Assembly: GCA_001179505.1 (NCBI GenBank)
Contig: CDMY01000864.1
Span: forward strand, 1 to 14,821
Direction: 5' to 3'
Source: Vitrella brassicaformis CCMP3155
Lineage: Eukaryota; Protista; Chromerida
DNA: 14,821 nt
Of this stretch, positions 8,901 to 14,821 are shown piece by piece. Under the pieces are notes generated by a model. It searched no databases and had not been told where the DNA came from. It was given only the letters and a program-made list of their open reading frames with translations. Both the position numbers and the translations under genes were made by a program. The first letter of the stretch is position 1; every line of letters starts with the position of its first letter.

Positions 8901-11900
8901 ACACACCGCCCATTCGCAAGAGAGCGTACCGTGTCGCATTCAGCCAGCGCGACTGGCTCCGCAAGAAGCTCGACGAGATGCTCAAGGCGGGGATCATCAC
9001 ACCGTCTTCTTCGCCATGGCAGTCACCGATCATACTCGTACCGAAGAAGTCGGGTGGTCTCCGTCTTGTCGTCGACTATCGCGCCCTCAATGCCGTCACC
9101 AAACCTGACCACTACCCACTGCCCCGCATCGATGAGACGCTGAATGCACTGCATGGATGTGCCTTTTTCAGCCATGCGGACTGCAAGTCTGGGTTCTGGC
9201 AGATTGGGCTGACTGAGGGCGCGAAAGAGCTGACCAGTTTTGTCACTCCTTTTGGTGCCTTCAAGTTCGAACGAGCCGCCATGGGCCTGCAAGGAGCGCC
9301 TGCGACATACCAGAGATGCATGGATAATGTGCTGCGCAATCTCAGCTGGGACGTGGCTTGTTGTTACATGGACGACCTCGTCATTATGGCTCCGACGTGG
9401 GAGGAACACATCCGCCGACTTGACTTGGGTCTTGGGCCGCCTCCGAGAGCATGACCTGAAGATCAAACCGACAAAGTGCTATTTTGGCTTCCCTGAGATA
9501 GCCTTTTTGGGTCACCGAGTCAGTCAGGAAGGGATAGGGACCGACGAGGACAAGGTCGTTGCCATCAAGAACATGCAACACACGTCGATGCTGACCCAGA
9601 AGGATGTGCGTGGGTTTCTGGGCATGACTGGCTATTACCACAAGTTCATACCCGCCTACGCGCACATTGCCGCACCGCTCACCGCCTTGACACGCAAAGA
9701 CCTGCAGTACACGTACGAGGAACATTGGACCGACGAATGCACGCAGGCGTTCGAGATCCTCAAGGGTCTTTTGTGTCAGGCCCCCGTCCTGGCCTACCCT
9801 GATTTCTCGAAGCCGTTTGTGTTGAAGACCGACGCCAGCAATGTTGCCGTTGGTGCTGCGATGGTGCAGTGGGATGCCGAAGCCGAGCACGAGAGACCGA
9901 TTGCCTTCGCCAGCCGCAAACTGACAGCCAACGAACCGACCTATGCATCACAAGAGCAAGAGGCACTCGCCGTCGTGTGGGCCATCAAGTACTTCCGACC
10001 GTACCTGTATGGGCGCCATTTCACCATCATGACCGACCACCGTAGCCTGCAGTCCTTGCCCAAGGCACATGAGAAAGGCAATTCGCGAGTGCATCGATGG
10101 TCCGTCTTGCTGCAGCACTACACATACACGATTGTGTGGAAGCCGGGAAGAGAGAATGGAGACGCTGACGCGCTCTCCCGTGTCCGAGCCACTCACTGGA
10201 ACCCTCTCCCTCGCATCCGCACTCCTGTGACCGCCCATGACATGGAGTCATCCGTCTTGTGTGCCTTGACCGACGAGCCGCCATCCATCACTCTGCAGAC
10301 ATTCAGAGATGAGCAGAGGCAGGATCCCGTCATCGCTGCCCATGTGGCTTGCCATACGGATGGCACCTTGCCCGACGACAAGAAGCTAGCCGCCGACATT
10401 CAGAGAACCGAATTCCAGTTTGAGTTGATCAAGGGAGTGCTCATGCACCTGCCGGAAAAGAGAAGAGTGCCCATCCCCCAGCTCCCCCGCATTGTGGTTC
10501 CCTCTTCCTTACGTCCGTTGGTGTTTGAGAACTGCCATGACTCGCCCTTGGCTGGCCACCTTGGCATCGCCAAGACACTCGATCGAATCTCGCATCGCTT
10601 CTGGTGGCCGACCATGTATCGCGACGTCACGACGTGGGTGGGATGCTGCAAGGTCTGCCAGGCCTTCCGACCTGCACGCAGGCAGAATGGCCCACTCATG
10701 CACCTTCCCGTGCATGAGAATGCGTTCGATTCCATCTCGGTCGACTTTGCCGGACCGTACCCGACCACCAAGCAGAAGAACCGATATATTCTCGTGTTCG
10801 TTGATCAGCTCACTGGCTGGCCAGAAGCCGTTGCCGTCAAGAAGAACGATGCCGTGACCGTTGCGCATGCCTTTGTCGATCTGATTGTCGTCCGACACGG
10901 CTGCCCGCGTCGCCTCCTCTGTGACCGTGGGTCGCATTTCCTGAATGAGTTGGTGGATGCCGTCTGTCACATCTTCCGCACTCGCCGCATCTTCTCGTCC
11001 GCATACCACCCTGAGACGAATGGACAGGCAGAGAAGATGGTTGGCACTGTCAAGAAGACTCTTGGGAAGTATGTCGCTTCCCACGAGAAGGATTGGGATG
11101 TGCTTTTACCTCTTGTTTTGTTTGGCATTCGATCCGCCACCAATGAGGCCATGGGGATGTCCCCCTTTGCCGCCTTGTATGGTCGCAAAGCCCGCCTGCC
11201 GTTGGATGTTATGGTCGCATGGGAGCAGCCGCTCGTTCTGCATGTGAACGACTACCGCCAAGAGCTCCTCCGACAGATGGCAAAGGTCCGTGCTATCTGC
11301 CGCGACAACAGAGAGGCAGAGCGAGTGAAGCGCATGAGGCGTGCGCCTCAGTCCTTACCGCGTCAGTATTCGCCAGGTGATGTCGTGTGGGTGATCAAGG
11401 GCGATCCGAAGGGCAAGAAGCCGGCCTTCCGCCCCACTTACACCGGCCCGTATCGTGTGATCGGCCCTTCGCGCAGATCGCCGCTCGACTATGAGCTCCG
11501 CCGTGCTGGTGAGGGAGCGCACCGTCGCCGACTGGTGCACATCAGCCGAATCCGCCCCTACCGCCTCCTTCCTGACCCGAAGTCGGAAGCCGACATGCCG
11601 TTGTTCCGCAAGCCGCTTCAGGGAGATGGAGGGGATGGAGGAGGTGATGATGCGCCACCACCACCACCACCACCGTCGGCACAGCCACCTGCTGTAGCCG
11701 GCCCGTCAGGTGACCGAGATGAGTGTCAGAGCGTTGATGTGGTGCCGCCTGCCGATGTTGCCGAGGCTGAGTCACCAGCCGCCCCAGAAGCCGCGAATTC
11801 TGCTAGCCCCGAGGGACCGAGAGCCTCTGATGAGGTGCCCGTTGCCCCCGCCCCGCAAAATGCATCGGAAGATCTTCCGCCGAGCCAGCCCGATCGGCCC

Positions 11901-12515
11901 GTCACCGACGCCCCTTCTGACCCCTCTGTCATTCCGTCTTCCCCTGTCGCTTCGAACCCCCCTCACTCACCCCCAGCCGAAGCTCCCGCCGATGACCGTC
12001 AAGTGAATTCTCCCGACCGTCATGACCGCCCCCTGTCACCGCCACACGATGAGCCACTCACTGTCGACGTGGTTCCACCTACTCATACACACACACAGCA
12101 ACCGATGCATGCACCATTGCCCTCTGTCTCGTATTTGCCCCCGAGTGGCGAGTCTTCTTACCGTTCGATCAGAAATGACTCGCCGAGATCATCACCGACA
12201 CCCGATGGGGATTCATCTCTCGACTCGAGAGCCCCTAGGGATGACAATTCACCTGCCATGCCACACACACCACACTCATATCAGTCATACCGCCCCAGTG
12301 AGGATCTGCCACCGCGCCCAGCTGTCATCGATATCCTCGATAGGAGGACCAGAGGGTCCGTAGTTGAGTACCGGGTTACTCGTAGGGGATGTGAACCGTC
12401 ATGGGAAAGGGAGAGCGAGGTATCCGACCCCGATGCTGTCCGTGCCTTCGAGACCAAGATGGCATTCGACCTGCCCATGCAGCGCAGACAGCCACACACC
12501 AGGAAAGACGAATGA
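5902..12515 (+). CDS. pol: Pol polyprotein (about 2200 aa), translated as Gag-Pol; interrupted in this sequence by two +1 shifts (within 7442-7629 and at 9427-9429)
   Basis: Joins listed ORFs 5929..7629 (frame 1), 7463..9454 (frame 2) and 9240..12515 (frame 3, real coding from about 9429). No in-frame stops once two single bases are removed. Confidence 0.88.
7030..7400 (+). other. Retropepsin aspartic protease domain (boundaries approximate)
   Basis: VPVLVDTGCSPSLVS, with DTG at 7075-7083. The downstream VIVGMDML corresponds to the I/L-L-G-x-D motif. Confidence 0.9.
8858..9524 (+). other. Reverse transcriptase domain (Ty3/Gypsy type)
   Basis: PIRKRAYR, SPWQSPIILVPKK, RLVVDYRALN, YPLPRIDE, DCKSGFWQI, TSFVTPFG, YMDD (9365-9376), then after the indel LKIKPTKC and FLGHRVS. 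Confidence 0.97.
9816..10181 (+). other. RNase H domain (Ty3 type)
   Basis: FVLKTDASNVAVGA (D at 9831), PIAFASRKL, EQEALAVVWAIKYFRPYLYG, TDHRSL, ADALSR. Confidence 0.96.
10536..11561 (+). other. Integrase: HHCC zinc finger, DDE core, GPY/F module
   Basis: HDSPLAGH...CCKVC at 10536-10658. Catalytic D 10743 (VDFAGP), D 10923 (CDRGSHF) and E 11031 (NGQAEK) give D(35)E spacing. YTGPYRV (GPY 11445-11453) and VHISRIRPY follow. Confidence 0.96.
12324..12452 (+). other. Degenerate chromodomain at the Pol C-terminus
   Basis: VIDILDRRTRGSVVEYRVTRRGCEPSWERESEVSDPDAVRAFE aligns by eye to the chromo consensus VE.IL..R.......YLVKW.G.....WE....L......I..FE. Confidence 0.75.
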
Positions 12516-13213
12516 GCCTCGCTATCCGTCCTTCTCGGGCGCATTCGTGTCATGTGCGCGTATCCGCCTTACTTGTCCGTGGTTCTCTCTCTCTCGAACG
12601 AAGGGTATCGATCCAACTAGCCGCCTTGTATACGTGATGCCGGATGAAAGCGGTCCAGCAGTCGTCAGAGTGGGGATCCGAGTGTACCAAACGTGCCAAT
12701 CAGCCGATGATAGAAAGGAGTGAGTAGAAGAGCTGCACGCCTTGGGTTCGTCGATGATCTGACGCGCGTCTTCACACCAACTCGTCTCGGTGATGAAGCC
12801 GCGTCATGCTGGGGTGCTACTCGCCGCCGGTAGCTTGCCCCCACCCAGCATCTACACAGATCATCTCCCTTGGTGTTGTCTTGCTTGGATGCTCTCTCCC
12901 GGATGTCATCGTGTTAGACAGGCTTGTAGGCACTTAGATCTCCCGATTGATGGCCGACTGGAGGCGTATGCTTCCTCTGGAAGTGATTCTGACTCACTTG
13001 TGCTTGGCGCGCTAGAGCGGAGCGATCGCGACAGAAATAGTGGCACGTGTGCTATTTCGTGCTTCCGCCAACGGCAGCGTTCCGCGCTGCCCCCTCCTTC
13101 GTCTGTGAGAGCCAACGACGCCCCTTTCCCCTCCTTTTTCGTGTTCCCCTTCCCTCCGAGTCCGCCCGTGTGCTCTTCTGCGTTCTCTCCCCCCCCCCTC
13201 ACTCGTCGATTCG

Positions 13214-14073
13214 ATGCACACCGGCACCGAGCAGAACTACCGAGTGCGCCTCAACCGACGTGATTTGCCTACCTACCTGCCGGAAATCGCTCGCTACGTC
13301 AAGCGACTCGGCCGAGGAAAGGCCAACCTCCTTCTCAACTTTGAGGAGAATTATCCGACATCGCCCGTCCGTGCGTCCCCTCAGGACCTCGCCACCGGCC
13401 AGTTGGGCTTGCCCATCCAGCCGCAGGACCAGGGGTTCGTCAAGAATGTGTATATCCAGCGCGCCACCATCGTCTATGTGGGTGACATCCACACCTTCGT
13501 GACCCTCGCCCGTGCGTTTGAGCCGACCTGCAGCTTCTCCGTCGAGGTGTGCATCAACGAGCCGAGCTTGGTCGAGAACGTGACGCAGGTGTGCGAGATG
13601 ATGAAGATGGGAGGTCGTCTGGACGACTCGTATATATGTGATGGCGTTTTTGTGAGTGGATGTGAGTGTCAGTACTTTGGCCGCCGTGTGACCGTCCGTT
13701 TCTGCCGACTCGACCGACCGACCCGATTGGTGTGACCGAAATGGTGGAACTCACCGAGAAGCGTGACATCCCCATCAAGTTTATGTGTCTGTTCGAGCCG
13801 CCCCAAGTTGCCGTGCACGACCGGGAGAGTGTGTCGCCGTCGCAGTCACCCAGCACATCGCCACCACCACTGCCACCGCCCGGCTTTCCGCCCACCCCGT
13901 CTATCGTCGTGTCTGCTTTGCCGCCGTTGCTGGCCTCGCCGAACACGTCGCCCGACTCTGAGCCGATCCGACCCCAGTCGTTCAGTCAGAGCCAGGCCGC
14001 CGCCAGTGCATCTACCTATAGCAGCAACGGACAGGGGAGGCAGAAGAAGGGCAGGAAGGGAGACAGGAAGTGA
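13214..14073 (+). CDS. Probable spliced gene of unknown function; intron 13589-13672; 1-nt deletion at about 13722-13724
   Basis: ATG at 13214 (may instead be an internal exon). Donor CAG|GTGTGC and acceptor tgtcag|TAC define an 84-nt phase-0 intron. Adding one C joins ORF 13214..13735 to ORF 13666..14073 (CRLDRPT-PIGVTEMVELTEKRDIPIKF), ending in a P/S-rich tail and basic QKKGRKGDRK. Confidence 0.55.
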
Positions 14074-14637
14074 TGGGAACACAGGCCACACACATGGGCG
14101 TGGGATGCATGGTGTTGTCATGTGATGTGATGTGTTGTGTTTGTTGTGGTGTGTTGCCGAGTGCAGATGTGTTTCGCCTCTTTACCGCCAATCCACCGAC
14201 TTGCCGACTCTGTCTCGTGACACCGACATGTGTATGGTCTCTGCGCCGCCCACCGCCGGTGATTTTGTTCGGGATATCCGTGCCTCGCGTTTCGAGCGGC
14301 GGGGTGGTGATGCGTAGTGGACCCCTCGCATCGATGTTGTATATGTGGATCTGTGTCGCGAGTCCCGTCTATCCCTCCGACAAGGTGTGTACGAACCGAA
14401 AGGAAGAGCAGACAGACTGAAGGACGCATACATGGAATGAATGGATGTGTATGGACCGTCTGCCGCACACACAACCGACCTGTATGTGGGTGTTCCCGCA
14501 TCCACGTGACCACCGCCTCCGCATATGTGTGCAGCCGACGGCCGCGTCTACCATATATGTGAGCACAAAGTGTTTGTCTTGCTCGCGCCATGTGTATTCC
14601 GACGGATGTGTTGCGTGTCTGTCGATGGGTGCGTGCG

Positions 14638-14700
14638 AGTGACTGACTGCCTGTCTGCCTGGATGGATGGATGTGTGTCTGGATAGATACATGGATGGGA
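14638..14700. repeat. Compound tetranucleotide microsatellite (gact/ctgc/ggat)
   Basis: agtgactgactgcctgtctgcctggatggatggatgtgtgtctggatagatacatggatgg. Confidence 0.7.
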
Positions 14701-14821
14701 GCCGATGGATGGGCATGGGAAAGAGAGAGATGTGAATGTGTCTTTGTCCACGGAGGAGAAGCGAGCCCTTACATGACATGAATGATGCTGTCTGTAGCCG
14801 TCATGGTGTAGCGTGCCAGTG

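Larger units (their letters stand above)
1794..12515 (+). mobile_element. Ty3/Gypsy (Metaviridae)-type retroelement coding region, chromodomain-bearing; termini not identified
   Basis: Domain order Gag-PR-RT-RH-IN-chromo is diagnostic of Ty3/Gypsy. Motifs seen: CCHC knuckle, DTG, YMDD, TDAS/E/TDH/DALSR, HHCC, D-D(35)E, GPY. Confidence 0.96.

Noticed and set aside
12709-12732. Purine-rich tract gatagaaaggagtgagtagaagag as a polypurine tract
   Set aside because: It is interrupted by T residues, and the following sequence has no counterpart upstream of gag, so no 3' LTR can be anchored to it.
14480-14547. Possible minus-strand exon (RGRRLHTYAEAVVTWMREHPHT) flanked by AG and GT
   Set aside because: Only 68 nt with a weak acceptor tract, and no consistent gene model could be built; needs RNA-seq.

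Overview
Eukaryotic, GC-rich, apparently intron-containing genomic window. Its tetranucleotide-rich non-coding DNA is reminiscent of the chromerid Vitrella, but that is inference only. The window is dominated by an unusually large Ty3/Gypsy-type retroelement on the + strand, with a coding span of about 1794-12515. Domain order is Gag (about 1000-aa P/Q-rich extension, capsid, CCHC knuckle), protease, RT, RNase H, integrase with GPY, a long linker, and a degenerate chromodomain. Gag and Pol are joined by a clear -1 ribosomal frameshift cassette (G GGA AAC, 6-nt spacer, H-type pseudoknot, 5902-5974). The other ORF breaks look like single-base indels, mostly or all in homopolymer runs, so the true architecture is gag plus pol rather than five genes. 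No LTR pair, PBS or confirmed PPT was found by eye in the 0.6-0.7 kb non-coding flanks. Two spliced genes of unknown function flank the element, and each is also broken by a homopolymer indel. There is a 300-N assembly gap in gag.
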